Positions 1-12,861 of a stretch of 64,000 nt of DNA are shown here, one piece after another (position 1 is the first letter of the stretch; every line of letters begins with the position of its first letter). The notes beneath the pieces are model-generated. The model saw only the letters and a program-made list of their open reading frames with translations, was not told the origin of the DNA and did no database searches. This DNA is from Felis catus (lineage: Eukaryota). The position numbers were made by a program, and so were the translations under genes. The stretch covers positions 98,582,001-98,646,000 of the forward strand of contig NC_058368.1 of the NCBI RefSeq assembly GCF_018350175.1. The letters run 5' to 3'.

Positions 1-237
1 GTTTGAGCCCTGCTTTGAGTGAGTTTGACCCCATTTCTGGTGAGCTCCAACCCTGCAGCTCCAACCCTGCTTCAGGCTCCGCACTGTCAGTGCAGAGACT
101 GTGTGAGATTCTCTTTCTTTTTCCCTCTCTCTCTGCCCCTCATGGGATTCTCTTTCTCTCTCCCTCTCTGGCCCTTCCTCTCTCTCCCTCTCTCTCTCCC
201 CCGCCTCAAAAATAAAAAATAAACTTGAAAAAAAATA
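1..237 (+). mobile_element. Can-SINE variant, cut by the window start, with internal repeats
   Basis: Repeated GAGTTTGAGCCC/GAGCTCCAACCC units, CT-rich region, AATAAA and A-rich tail. Confidence 0.8.
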
Positions 238-329
238 AGAAAGCTGGAATAGCTATTCTAGAACCAGACAAAATAAAATTTAGGCAAAAAAATTAATAGT
301 AAATTTTTTCAGTAGACTTGATATATCTG

Positions 330-332
<3 letters not shown>

Positions 333-373
<41 letters not shown>
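333..373. repeat. (CA)n microsatellite
   Basis: About 20 perfect AC units. Confidence 0.98.
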
Positions 374-374
<1 letters not shown>

Positions 375-1399
375 CTACCGGTAGCAATTAGCAAATCCAC
401 CATCAAAGGGGAACTATCAAGCAGGTTTGAAATTATGTAAAAAAGTAGTTATGAACAGTACAAGTGTGTGTATTTTTATACACATAACATAAATACAAAT
501 AATGTCAAACTTGCATGGTGACATCATTTCCTTTGTAGCCTTTATCACTTCTGACTTTTTTGACTTCCAAGACAGAATGAAACTTGCTTGTCCTCTTGAC
601 TGTTGTATGCCCAACTTCTAGCACTGTTCATCATACAATTGTTTTTGGATGACTGAGTACGTTCAGGTTGCCCTAGTTTACATCTTCAGGATGTCAGAGC
701 AACTAGTCCAACAGACCTCCACTCGTGGCTCTGAAGATTTTTTTTTACTGCCTAAACCCTGGAGAACCAGCCATTTATATTCATAAATTTGATGTGTGTG
801 CCTGTGACTTCATCTAACAATTAGTTATTACACTTTCTTTTCAAACTTACACATTACATTTTACTTAGTTGCCTATGTTCTCGCCTTAAGACTGCAACCA
901 GTTTTTAAAATTCAGTATCATAGTCCACGTTTGAGCACATTATAATTATATTGGAACTCAATAACAAAAACATTGATTAAAACGTCAAACACTTACAATT
1001 TTAAAAGCACACTTGAAATACCTAATCATTTAAAGAAGAAAACAATGTAATAATAAAACTACTTTTAATTGAATGTTAAAAAATTTCCCCATGTCACACT
1101 TGTAGGATACGGCTAAAATAGTACTTAGAGGGAATTCTGTCACCTTGAATGGGTTTACTGTATATAAGTAAAAGGACTAAACATCTAATTTAAGAGATTC
1201 AAAATGAAAACAAAACAATAAAATAACTCCAATGAAAAGAGAAGAAAATAATTACAGCACGTTTGGAAATCAACGAGACTGAAACAACCATACCTTCAAC
1301 AGCTCTAGGATCTTTTCAAAGAAAAGACTAGTAAAATAGAGAAATTTTTAGTGTGATCAAAACTCATATTAAAAAAAAAAACAAAAACAAGAAACTTCA

Positions 1400-1622
1400 G
1401 GGGCACCTGGTGGCTCAGTTGGTTAAGTGTCCGACTTCAGTTCAGGTCATGATCTTGTGGTTCACCAGTTAGAGCCACTCAAGGGGCTCTCTGTCCTCAG
1501 CCCAGAGCTGGCTTAGAATCCTCTTTTTCTCTCCCTGCCCCTCCCCCACTTTCTCTCTCTCTGTCTCTGTCTCTCTCTCTCTCTCTTTCTCTCTCAAATA
1601 AATAAATAAACTTAAAAAAAAA
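1400..1622 (+). mobile_element. Can-SINE
   Basis: GGGGCACCTGG head, A/B-box-like region, (CT)n and A tail. Confidence 0.92.
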
Positions 1623-1934
1623 GAACTTTAACTCAGAAAAAGTATACATTTTAAAAGGTGGTAAAAGAACATTTTGGAAACATTACGGTAATAATCCCCT
1701 CTTTGTAATGTAAATTAACTGTATATATCCTGGAATTTGTTGAAACCTACTCAAGAAATATGAATGTTCATGTTATCATTGAAGAAATTAACTCATTATC
1801 TTAAAATATTTTCGTACACAGAAACCTACCCCCAAATCCAATTGATGTTACACATAAAATTTTGTCAAACATACAAGGAATTACTATTTCAATCCTCTAC
1901 AGATTCCTCCACACAAAGCAAAAGCATGATTACC

Positions 1935-2412
1935 CGTGAAAAGGAGAATAATCATCCTCCAGAGATATTTGCATCCTAACCCCAGAACTGGTGAATATGT
2001 TACCACACACAGCAAAAGGGAATTTGCAGATGTATTAAGATATAAGTATAAATACTCTGCCTTACCCAGGGAGACCCAGTGAAATCCCAAAGGTCCTTAA
2101 ACATGAGATAGAGGGGCAGAGGAGGCGTGTCAAAGAGATACAGCAGTGGAAGCAGGTTCCAAAAGCTGCTTTGAAGATGGAAAAAGGATCTCTGAGCCCT
2201 AGGAAGGTGACCTCTAGCAGCTCAAAAATGCAAGGAAATGAATTGTCTCTAAAGGGCCTGAAAACCATGCAATCCTGCTGGCATCTTTCTAGTAGCTCAG
2301 TGAGACCCATGTCCGACTTCTAACCTGTAGAACTGTAGCATAATAAATTCGTATGGTCTTAAACCATTACGTTTGTGATGATTTGTTACAGCCGTAATAG
2401 AAACCCAATACA
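1935..2412 (+). mobile_element. MaLR solo LTR, MLT1D-like
   Basis: GAATATGTTACC...GAATTTGCAGATGT...GCTTTGAAGATGGA...AATAAATT...TTTGTTACAGC...AATACA layout. Confidence 0.8.
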
Positions 2413-2445
2413 ATCCTCAGTGAATTTATGAAGCTAATATATTCT

Positions 2446-2665
2446 GTTTCTGTTTCTATTTTTGTTTTGCTTTTGTTTGTTTTTTAGAGAGAGAGCATGA
2501 GCACAGGAGAGGGGCATAGAGAGGTAGAGGAAGAGAGAGAATCATAAGCAGGTTTCACGCTCAGTGCAGAGCTGGATGCAGGGCTTGATCCCATGACCCT
2601 AGCATGGTGACCCGAGCCAAAATCAAGAGTCAGACGCTCAACCGAATGAGCCATCTAGGTACTCC
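2446..2665 (-). mobile_element. Can-SINE with 15-bp target-site duplication (TSD)
   Basis: TSD AAGCTAATATATTCT at 2431-2445 and 2667-2681. Confidence 0.92.
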
Positions 2666-3486
2666 AAAGCTAATATATTCTTGATACAAATCCCACATAA
2701 ATTCAGAAAGAAGAAGGGAAACTTCATGGCAATCTTATTTTTGCAACAAAACAAAAATACCAGCAAACTGAATTGACCAATGTGTCAAAAAGAATACATT
2801 TTACACTAGTATGGTTTAATAAGGGATGCAAGGATGTTTTAACATTAATAAAGGAGGAAACTCCATATGATCTGCACAAAGGATTAAAAATCTTTCTAAT
2901 AAAAATTCACCACATATTCTATAATAGTCAAACCAGCAATAGAAGGAAATCTTAAAAATATTCTGAAAAACTTCAGGAAATAATCTTACTGGTGAAATGC
3001 TAGAATAATTTCCTTTGACATCAGAAATAAGACAAGGATACTCACCATCATCTCCTCAAAAGATCTTCTATTAGTTCTAATGAATTTAGGAATATAATAA
3101 GAAAAAATAAATGGTATAAGAAAAGGAGAAAAAGAAGCAAAAAGTTAACTATTCAATTTACATATAATAGGGTTTTTTTTTTTTTTTACATATTTGTAGA
3201 AAGGGATTTACTAAGGACTTTATTAGTATCGCTCGTATACTGTTTCTAAGGCTAAGTGGTATGTACATTGAGGTATAGTATTATCCAATCCTTATGGATG
3301 TCCTTACCTGTGTACTATGACAGGACATGTTTTTTAATCACAAAAATCTTTAAAAATTTTTTTGTTTTATTTTACATCTACAGTCTCTTGTTATATATTG
3401 TATATAATTTAGTATTACACTATCACTTTCTTCACACCCTTTGTTAGTAGTGCTATCCAAATCTGGAGTCAATAAATACAAGTTTT

Positions 3487-3690
3487 GGGGCACCTGGGTG
3501 GCTCAGTCGGTTAAGCATCTGACTTAGGCTCAGGCCATGACCTCGTGGTTTGTGAGTTCGAGCCCTGTGTTGGGCTCTGTGTTGACAGCTCAGAGCCTGG
3601 AGCTTGCTTCAGATAGTGTGACTCCCTCTCTCTGCCCCTCTCCTTCTCTCTCTCTTAAAAATAAATAAATATTATATATTAAAACAAAAT
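3487..3690 (+). mobile_element. Can-SINE (felid type) with 16-bp TSD
   Basis: TSD AATAAATACAAGTTTT at 3471-3486 and 3691-3706. Confidence 0.95.
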
Positions 3691-3790
3691 AATAAATACA
3701 AGTTTTTATATGACTCCACAGATTAGAATATCTATTGATTATTTCCTGAAATGTAGATGCTGTAAATTTCTTCTATCAACACACTCTTAG

Positions 3791-3816
3791 TTTTTTTAAA
3801 TTTTTTAATGTTTATT

Positions 3817-3874
<58 letters not shown>

Positions 3875-4033
3875 TGGGGGAGGGGCAGAGAGAGAGGGAG
3901 ACACAGAATCTGAAGCAGGTTCCAGGCTCTGAGCTGTCAGCACAGAGCCCAATGTGGGGCTCGAACTCACAACTGTCAGATCATGACCTGAGGCGAAGTC
4001 GGACGCTTAACTGATCTACCCACCCAGGCGCCC
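3791..4033 (-). mobile_element. Can-SINE (felid type) with expanded (GA)n
   Basis: Reverse-complement SINE ending CCCAGGCGCCC; about 25 GA units at 3820-3869. Confidence 0.95.
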
Positions 4034-4455
4034 TAAGAGAATCTTAATCTTGAATATTAGGGACTGTTTAGAGAGCCACATCACTACTAATTCATACTCT
4101 ATTTTGATTTAGCTACACTATCTACTCCCAAACTCTATAACTGAATGAACCTGTGTTTCATTCAGCCTTTAATGTATCCATTCAACAAATAGGAATTGAG
4201 TGGTATGTCTTAAGAATTCTGTTAGATGCAGGGGTTTTTGTGGCTCACAGTCTAATAGGAAAGACTTATGATGAATCAGTTAAAGTACAGCATGATACAT
4301 TCTAAGTCAGATTGAGTGGGAAGGAAGTCAGGAGAACAAAATAAAATCTTTCTCAGGTCCCAGCATTGGCATTTGTCACAGCTCTGTTATATCATAGTAC
4401 ATTCCGTCCAGTAGTTTGAAATCCGGAACTCAGTCTACGTGGCAAGAAACGAAAC

Positions 4456-4615
4456 AGAAAAGAAAAAAGAAAAGAAAAGAGAAGAGAAGAGAAGAGAAGA
4501 GAAGAGAAGAGAAGAGAAGAGAAAGAAAAGAAAAGAAAAGAAAAGAAAAGAAAAGAAAAGAAAAGAAAAGAAAAGAAAAGAAAAGAAAAGAAAAGAAAAG
4601 AAAAGAAAAGAAAAA
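4456..4615. repeat. Compound (GAAGA)n/(GAAAA)n pentanucleotide repeat, 160-bp pure purine tract
   Basis: Read directly from the sequence. Confidence 0.97.
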
Positions 4616-4823
4616 CGTGAGGCAGGAGCCAGAAGGTTTGTTGGTGTTGTTGTTACCACATTAGAGAATTTATATCCTATCCTGAAGGTATTGGATACCA
4701 ACTTCCTTGTAACTTAACCAAGGAAGTGAGAACATGTTTTACACCTGTAAAATATTACTTTGATCACCAAAGCAGAGTCGAAGCCTGAAGAAGTTAAATT
4801 ACACACTCAAGAACTATAGATGA

Positions 4824-5068
4824 GGGGCGCCTGGGTGGCTCAGTCGGTTAAGCGGCCGACCTCACCTCAGGTCATGGTGCACAGTTCGTGAGTTCCAGCC
4901 CTACATTGGGCTCAGTGCTGACAGCTCAGACAGCCAGGAGCCTGCTCAGACAGCTGACAGCCAGGAGCCTGCTTCGGATTCTGTGTCTCCCTCTCTCTCT
5001 GCCCCTCCCCCACTCATATTCTGTCTGTCTCTTTCTCAAACATCTAAATAAAACATAAAAAAAATTTA
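4824..5068 (+). mobile_element. Can-SINE with an internal duplication
   Basis: Typical head and tail; TSD core TATAGATGA on both sides; GACAGCCAGGAGCCTGCT occurs twice. Confidence 0.94.
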
Positions 5069-6082
5069 AAAATTATAGATGAAATCAGAGGTGGGATTTT
5101 GTACAGCATTTGAATTAGAATCCCCAAGGTAAATCTTGTCTGTTAGCTACCTTCCTAAAGTTTTTTAATATCTTCTCAAATTGCATGATTGAGTCCTGCA
5201 ATCTAAGGTGTGGATGAATGGGAATGTAGTTTTGGGGAAAACTATGCAATGAAGTGTTACTGTCATACACTGTTATATCATTAAAGAATGAAATCAGCAA
5301 ATAATGCCTGCTTGGTTTTCAGTGTTTATATGAGCTTTTCGCCCATCGAAAGCTTATTTCTACAACTAAACTGCTTTAGCTTACAATTTCAGGCTTTTAA
5401 TGCTTCTTCAGAGTCTACATTATGAAATACTTGTAACTCAAATGACTAAGAATGGGAATAGGGTACATTAAATTCCAGTCCTTAAAAGGTGTTAAAGAGG
5501 CTTCCTTCCTAGCCCACCTTCTAATTACTCTCAGAAACAGTAACTAGCTATTAGTTCTATAAATACTAGCATTGTTTTCTTAGAAGACAACCTTCAAGGT
5601 GGAAATAGACAGTTTTGTATAGCCCCTTCTAATACTTCATTTCAGCCACTTTAAAGTGTATATTTGCAACAAGCCATGCCTTGATGGGCCCCCGCGGGTG
5701 CAACATGGTTGTAAGTCATACGCTCAGTAGGAATTATTCTGAAGTTATCCTTTGCTGGAGGTGATTTGCATTTCAGTTCGAATGTTTCAAGTCAGAGTAA
5801 GTTTTTCCCTATTGTAAGTTATAAGAACCAAGAGCCATGATGAATCAATGATCTACATGTTTAAGAAAGTTTCAAAGGAACTTTAAAATATCAGCAACTA
5901 GATTAGTGTGCAGATATTCTGTGTCCTATGTGCTCTCTGAGAAGTGGGATGGTCTTCTCGGGCCGGAAAGCCACTTCATGTGACAATTGTGTTTCCTTAA
6001 GTACCTAAAATCTGTGGATTATTCTTTGCTCAGTCTCCTACTTAGAGGAGACAGTGGCCTTTTAAAAATCTAGAGTATATCA

Positions 6083-6278
6083 GGGCCACCTGGGTGGCTT
6101 AGTCTGTTAAGTATTCAACTTCTGCTCAGGTCATGATCTTGCAGTTTGTGACTTCAAGCCCCACATCTGTCTCACTGGTCTCTTCGAGCCCACTCTGGAT
6201 CTGCTGTCTCCTTCTCTCTGCCTCTCCCCTGCTTGTGCTCTCTCAAAAATAAATAAAACATTTAAAAAATTTTTAAAG
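6083..6278 (+). mobile_element. Can-SINE with 19-bp TSD
   Basis: TSD AAAAATCTAGAGTATATCA at 6064-6082 and 6279-6297. Confidence 0.94.
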
Positions 6279-6299
6279 AAAAATCTAGAGTATATCAAG

Positions 6300-7130
6300 T
6301 AGCACCAGTCTTGGTTAAAACCTTTTAGAAGCCCACTCTTGTGCCGTTGGGATAAAGTCCAAAATCTGTAACACAGCTCTAGGGCTCTGTGTGATCTAGG
6401 CAGTGCCTTTTCTCCGTGTTCTTCACCAGACCAACTGGCTAGTTCTCAAACACAGACATATACAAACCGGTCTTATAGTTTCTCAAACACACAAAATTCT
6501 CATCCACTTCAGGACATTTCCACTTGTTCCCAAAACCAGAACCTCTGCCCTATATTCTGTACTTAACTATTTCCTACCAACTTTCAGATCTCAGCTCAAC
6601 CTTGACTTCCTGACCTCCTTGAAAAAGTTAACCAGCCCCAGTCTATCTGGGAACCGTTATTTATATTTTCCAAGTACATTGTTTTTTTTCATATCTGATG
6701 GGAAGGAGTTCTACTGGCATACTGAGATGAGATCCATTCCAAAATGGATATATTAAAAATCATATGCCTGGGTGGCTCAGTCAGTTAAGCATACTACTTG
6801 ATTTCAGCTCAGGTTGTGATCTCATGGTTCAGGGGATTGAGTCTTGCAAGTCTTTATGCTGACAGTGTGGAGCCTGCTTGGAATTCTTTCTCTCCATGTC
6901 TGTCTGTCCCTCAACTACTTGCGTGCTCTCTCTCTCTCTCAAAATAAATAAGCATTTAAAAAAATCATACAAACTGTATTATGTTAGGAAAATAAGTCAT
7001 TATATATTTGTGTTTTTGTTTAATGTGAGTGTTCTACCTTTAAACATTATATACTGAAAGTCCTTGAAGATAAAGACTATTTTGTTGTGTTTATCACTGT
7101 ATACTCTTGCTCAAGGCCTGATAGATTTTT
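6300..7130. mobile_element. L2 3'-end fragments, interrupted by a SINE
   Basis: GATAAAGTCCAAAAT...TCAGATCTCAGCTCAA...TTATCACTGTAT resemble decayed L2. Confidence 0.5.
6765..6959 (+). mobile_element. Can-SINE, slightly 5'-truncated
   Basis: Starts TGCCTGGGTGGCTCAG; TSD AAAAATCATA. Confidence 0.92.
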
Positions 7131-7389
7131 TATAATAAGTGTATAATTATTTATGATAAATAATTGGTATAATAAACAAAAAAAATTGAAGACAGATATC
7201 ATACAATTCATTCATTGACAGAAAGCACATGGCAAAGGTTGGGATAATATTTTGGCCATTGTATTTCAAGTAGAAGTAGACCAGTAGATGTTTTCTCTGA
7301 GGTTTTGCTAACCTTTGTCTTAATTTAAAATGGTATTACCAATACTGAATTAGGATCTAATGTCAAGCAGTAGCTCTTATAAATAAGTG

Positions 7390-8760
7390 ACTTATTTTTA
7401 TCTGTCATTCCAGCACCATTTGTTGAAGAGGTTTCCTTTCTCTACTGAATTGCCTTTGTATACATGTGTAGGGCTATTTGTGGACTTTCTCTTCTGTTCC
7501 ATGATCCTTTGCTCTGTCTCTATACTGCTACCACATGCTCTTGATTACTGTGGCTTTTTCATAATTTTTAAAATACAGTTGTATAACTCTTGCAAGCTCA
7601 TTCTTATATTTCAAGAGTGTTTTTTTAATTATTCAAGATCCTTTGTTATTTTCATTCAAATTTTAGAACCAATTTTTAAATTTCTAAAAAAGAGAACGGT
7701 TGGAATTAAAAAAAGATTAATGCTTATTTATTTTTGAGAAAGAGACAGAGAGATAGTGTGTGAGTGGGGAGGGACAGAGAGAGGGAGGCATAGAATCCGA
7801 AGCAGGCTCCAGGCTCCAAGCTGTCAGCACAGAGCCTGACACAGGGCTCAAACTTATGAGGTGTGAGATCATGACCTGAGCCAAAGTCACCCAGGCTCCC
7901 CTGGAATTTTTATTATGATTACATTAAATCTATAAATTATTTTTAGAAGAATGTAGTCTTATCATGTTTGTTGTCTTCCAACCCATGATGATATATCTTT
8001 CTACATATTAGGTTTTATTTAATTCACTTAGCAATGTTTTACATATTTCAATAAGGGGATCTTGCATATCTTTTGTTAAATTACTCCATAAGCATTTTAT
8101 TTTTGATGCTATTATCAATGTGTTCTATATTTTACTTTGATTGTTTCTTGCTTATCTATGGAAATACAGTTAATTTTGGACTTTTGACCCTGTATTCAGC
8201 AACATGTTAGTTCTAGTAGATTTTGATGATTTCTTGGTGTTTTCACTATAAGTAATCATGGATTGTGAACAAAGGCAATTTCTTCCTTTCAATCATTATT
8301 TCTTTTATTTCTTTTTCTTGCTTCGTTATACTGGCTAGTAACTATGTTCATAACTACAAATTTTTCATAGATGTATGTTATCAGGTTGAGGAAGTTCTCC
8401 GTATTGCTAATATGTTGAGAATCTCTTTTATTTATTATAAAAGGGAGTTGATTATACAGATATTTTTCTACATTATTCTGTTAATGTGGTGAATAAATAA
8501 TTAATTTTGTAGTATTAAACCTATCTTTCACTCCTGGAGTAACATTTGGTTGTGATCTATTATACTTTTTATATATTACTGGGTTCAATTCACTAATATT
8601 TTATTAAGGATTTTTTGCACCATTGTTTATGATAGTTTTAGGTCTGTGGTTTTCTTTCTTAAAATATCTTTGCATAAAATTTTGCATAATATTGATATTA
8701 TTATTGATACCTTTTCCTTAAAACTTAATGTAATTCATCATTGAAACCACCTAGTCATGA
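7390..8760 (-). mobile_element. Old L1 ORF2 fragment, antisense
   Basis: CCAGCACCATTTGTTGAAGAG, TTGATTACTGTGGCTTT and ATCAGGTTGAGGAAGTT are typical of antisense L1. Confidence 0.8.
7708..7901 (-). mobile_element. Can-SINE inserted in the L1, with a short internal deletion near its head
   Basis: Reverse SINE sequence flanked by TGGAATT. Confidence 0.9.
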
Positions 8761-8806
8761 AAAATAAATGGTATATTTTAAAGGACAGAGGAGGATAGTG
8801 GGGGAA

Positions 8807-9004
8807 TTTTTTTTTTCAATGTTTATTTTTGAGAGAGAGTGTGAGCAGGGGAGGGGCAGAGAGAGGGAGACACAGAATCTGAAGCAGGCTCCAGGCTCTG
8901 AGCTGTCAGCTGGGAGTCTGACACAGGGCTCCAATTTACAAACCGCGATATCATGACCTGAGCAGAAGTCACGTGCTCAACTGACTGAGCCACCCAGGCA
9001 CCCC
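8807..9004 (-). mobile_element. Can-SINE
   Basis: Reverse SINE ending CACCCAGGCACCCC; degenerate TSD ATAGT..GGGGA.TTTT. Confidence 0.93.
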
Positions 9005-9136
9005 ATATAGTAAGGGGATTTTTACAAAGAAGTGTTTTTCCAGTTTTTATTTTTTAGTTTTTCCCCTAATTTTCATGTTAGTGTTTCATAAAAGGAGTTG
9101 AGAAGTGAACTAAGCGATTAAAAATATTACTTTACA

Positions 9137-9350
9137 GGGGCGCCTGGGTGGCGCAGTCGGTTAAGCGTCGGCCTTCAGCCAGGTCACGATCTCGCGGTCA
9201 GTGAGTTTGAGCCCCGCGTCAGGCTCTGGGCTGATGGCTCAGAGCCTGGAGCTTGTTTCCAATTCTGTGTCTCCCTCTCTCTCTCTCTGCCCCTCCCCCG
9301 TTCATGCTCTGTCTCTCTCTGTCCCAAAAATAAATAAACGTTGAAAAAAA
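9137..9350 (+). mobile_element. Young SINEC_Fc-type SINE
   Basis: Diagnostic GGCGCAGTCGG, CAGCCAGGTCACGATCTCGCGG and GGGCTGATGGCTC; CpGs retained. Confidence 0.95.
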
Positions 9351-12300
9351 TATATATATCTCTACAAACCTACCATCAGAGCACTTTATTGTCTCTGGTA
9401 AGCGTACCTGGCAGGACACAATGGAAGAACAGTATCTATGACAGGGATCCCTCAGGTGTAGTATTAATAGAAGTCACTTGTTCTTACTCATTCCTATCAT
9501 GGGCAAGTTGTCAATGTTATAGAGAGTTTACTGGGTAGGGAGAATGGAGTAGTATAGTCACTTTAAATTAAAGGAGAGTTTATTCACCTATTAATGATGA
9601 TGAAGATGCCACTGTAATCTTCCTTGCAATCAAAACTCTCTCCTCTCTGATGGTAACCTTTAAAAAGGGATAGCTAAAAAATCAAATACCTCTATTTTTC
9701 ATACCTTCCTTCCCTATTTTCAGCCCAGTTTTCTCATCATTAGAAAAGTATAGATTAACTAATAATCACTAATGACTATATTTATCACTCATCTTTGTCT
9801 ACTTTTCTGTCAAGCTAGTTTAATACTGCGGAAGTTTAATACTACCTATGTAGTATGTTGTTAAATTTTTATTTTTATTACATGTTAGCATGTTTAACAC
9901 ACACAGAATTTGAAACACACCAATTGCTGTAATAGTGTAAAATATAAAAATTATAACAATGATAGCAACAGCCAAGGAGGGAAATAGAGGAAAAAATACA
10001 GCCCTCAGGACCCATCACATACACCAATGCAGCAGCTGGTCCTTGTCATTTTATCTTACCACCGTCTATTTCCCTTACCTTTCTTTAGCTTTTCAGCCAG
10101 CACTTTTGGACACATTGTCAAATAGAGTGGCTTACAGTTTTCTTCTTGAGATACATAAGCCATTTAGACTTCTACTTGGTCACAGTTGTTATGACATCCT
10201 AAAATATTTACATTCAAACCTATTTCCTTTGATATTCCACAGGTATTGATCTGGACAATGTGACCTTATTTTCTCCCTGTTCCCGTGACATTAATGGTCC
10301 AGCATGGTCAAATGATAGTTTTAGTTTCCAGTTATTAGCATTCTTCATTTCTTAGCTGAAAACCAAGGAATCTAATTTGGTTCTTTTCAGTGGAAAGGTA
10401 CATATTAAGGGCGGAAGCAACAATTCTTGTTTGACTTTTGAGGAATGAGCCTCTCCAGAGATGCTTTTGATTCTGCTCTGGGCAGACTGCTCTCATTTCG
10501 ATGAGCCATAGCAAAGCTGGTGCTTCCATGAATGTTCTGATTCTGCCACAGTACGACCAGCGTAATATATATCCTATTTTCACCAAACCAGATTCTGACT
10601 TGAAGTCTCACATGTGTGTATATCTGATTGATGAATCAGAAATCACATACTGAGCCTTAGCTGCAAAGGAATCTGAACAAAAAAGAATTTTTATTATTCT
10701 GTCTCTTGCACATGAGAAGTGGTTTGGAAGGGGGACTGAGTGACTCACTCACAATATTCAATACACTTGGTAAAAACTATACCTTCTTTGTATAAGTAAA
10801 ACTTTACTACAGCCCAGAGTGGAAAACATATACAACATCCTACAAGACAGCTCCCAAATTCGTAAATTTTCATCTTCTAGGTGAAGCCACTCGTGAGACT
10901 TTGTTTCTTGCTGTTCCAATACTTCCAAATATCGAATGCTTGAAAATACCAGTGAATCTCAAACACACGTGCCTCTTAACTTATTTATTTCCTCATTAAA
11001 TGTATTTTTTTGCCCATGCATATTTTTATGCCCATGTCCATATATTGTGTGGAATATCATCATGGTATATAGGGAATTTGGTAAGTACACAAAAGATGAT
11101 ACTGTCAGAAGTAAATTCAGAATAAGTGTCTTATTGTTATTTGGAGTAAGAAGAAAATTACTGCTCACTTCATGGTGGAAGGGATCTAATAGAATCTGTC
11201 TGCCACCAAGGCTTGCAGCGTATCTTGATGCATGTTACTATAAAGGGATCTCAAGGCTAGTTGAATTTCTAAAAGCATGTACCTTCAACTGCCAAACGGA
11301 GTTCCAGCAGTAATGATGGGATCATTAGTGATGGTAGAGTTGACCTTGTAGAAGGCAGCCTATGTCATTGTGCGCATGCATAATCTACTTCCCTATCCTA
11401 TGGCAGCTTTTTCAAGATCATTGAGCAAGCTGAGGTCTGGGTGGCAAAGAAGGATAACTGATATTCACAAAAGGGTCACCTTACTCCTTTCATTTGTTAA
11501 GGCTTTTTTCTTGAGGGGTTCTTTTAGTATGCATCTAGAGAAGATTCAAGAACTATCTCCATAGGCTGAGGCACATACTCTTTCTCCAATAATATTGCCA
11601 TTAACCCTCCATCTATCACCTGAAACCCTGATTCTTAGACTACACTGTCAGCCACTGGCTGGGCCATATTTTCTTCTAGATGAAGTAGACAATAAATGTG
11701 CACTACTCAGGCTTCTTGCATTGCACTTCTAGGACACAATGAAAGAAACTGTCATACTGTAAAGTTCTGTTTCTAAATAGAGTAGACCTATTTTTAGCAG
11801 TCCTCAGAATTTTGAATTTTATTCCATGACATTAGTCCAGAATTTTAAATCTGATTTTGAGTCTTTTATTTTATGTTATCTAATGCTATCAGAAAAAAAA
11901 ATGGTTTCTCTAGACCTGTAATATTTGCTGTAAATTTTCTGTAGTGTCATTTGTCCAATTCTTCAGCATTTCTACCTCAGTGAGACTATGGTCAGTGGAT
12001 CGCAGGAGATAATCCATTTCACTAGTTTTGACCCTGTATTTCATAAGCTATTTGCCCTCCTAAAATAAGGAAAAGACTCAATGCATTTCCAAAATTTCTT
12101 GGCATGACATACAATTCTAAATATTCCACATGTCCCTGAATATCTTTTGCCTGCAATTCACTCTCTGGTGTCAATATCTGTATAATTTAAGTATCCATTT
12201 TATTGACAGGCCACAGAAACCAACTCTGGACAAGTAGCTGAGGCAGAGAATAGGAATCAAAGGAATAACTGAGGAGACGAGGCCAACAGAAAGATTGAAT

Positions 12301-12661
12301 GAGGAAATCTGGGAGGAGCCTAACAAGAAGAACACGTGGATTTTCTTTTCAGGTATGCCTATCAAAGTAATTCTATTCCAACAGACGTTTTTCTGCTACT
12401 TTGCCAATTTTCAAATTCTTTGGGTAATATGTCTGATTGGCTCCGTTTAGAACAGTTTTTAAGGGAGGAGCGTTGAAGGATGGAAAGGATGGAAACTGGG
12501 TCTTATGACAGTTAAGAGTCAGCAGGTCTCCTGTGTTGGGGGTCCTTCACAGAGAATAAGGAATCAGAGAAGTGAGGACCCTGTCAGAGTGTAGTACCCT
12601 CTTTTCTTAGGCCATCATGGTAGGATAGAAAGGCACTAATGGGCACAAGTCATCTTCAACA

Positions 12662-12861
12662 ATTAAAAAACTATTAATTTATTTTGAGAGAGATAGAGGG
12701 AGATTAAAGGAGGGACAGAAAGAAGGAGACAGAATCCCAAGCAGGCTCCATGATGTCAGGGCAGAGCCTGATGCGGGGCTCAAACTCACAAACCATGAGT
12801 TCATGACCTGAGCTAAAATCAAGAGTCAGATGCTCAACCCACTGAGCCACCCAGGCGCCCC
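12662..12861 (-). mobile_element. Can-SINE
   Basis: TSD CATCTTCAACA at 12651-12661 and 12862-12872. Confidence 0.93.

Larger units (their letters stand above)
238..3170 (+). mobile_element. Ancient degraded L1 (L1M-type) ORF2 fragments, interrupted by SINEs and an MLT LTR
   Basis: Decayed endonuclease motif (AAAGCTGGAATAGCTATTCTA, AGVAIL-like), WDAAKAVLRG-like segment near 1100-1135 and RQGCPLS-like segment near 3025-3055. Confidence 0.65.

Noticed and set aside
4416..4717. Lys/Arg/Glu-rich and Phe/Ser-rich ORFs
   Set aside because: They are translations of the pentanucleotide repeat.
9137..9220. tRNA-like A/B boxes at SINE heads
   Set aside because: tRNA-derived SINE heads, not tRNA genes.
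9950..12600. Possible old MaLR/ERVL LTR and internal remnants, including the 125-aa ORF at 10936
   Set aside because: Too degraded to assign a family or boundaries by eye; the ORF shows no recognisable homology.
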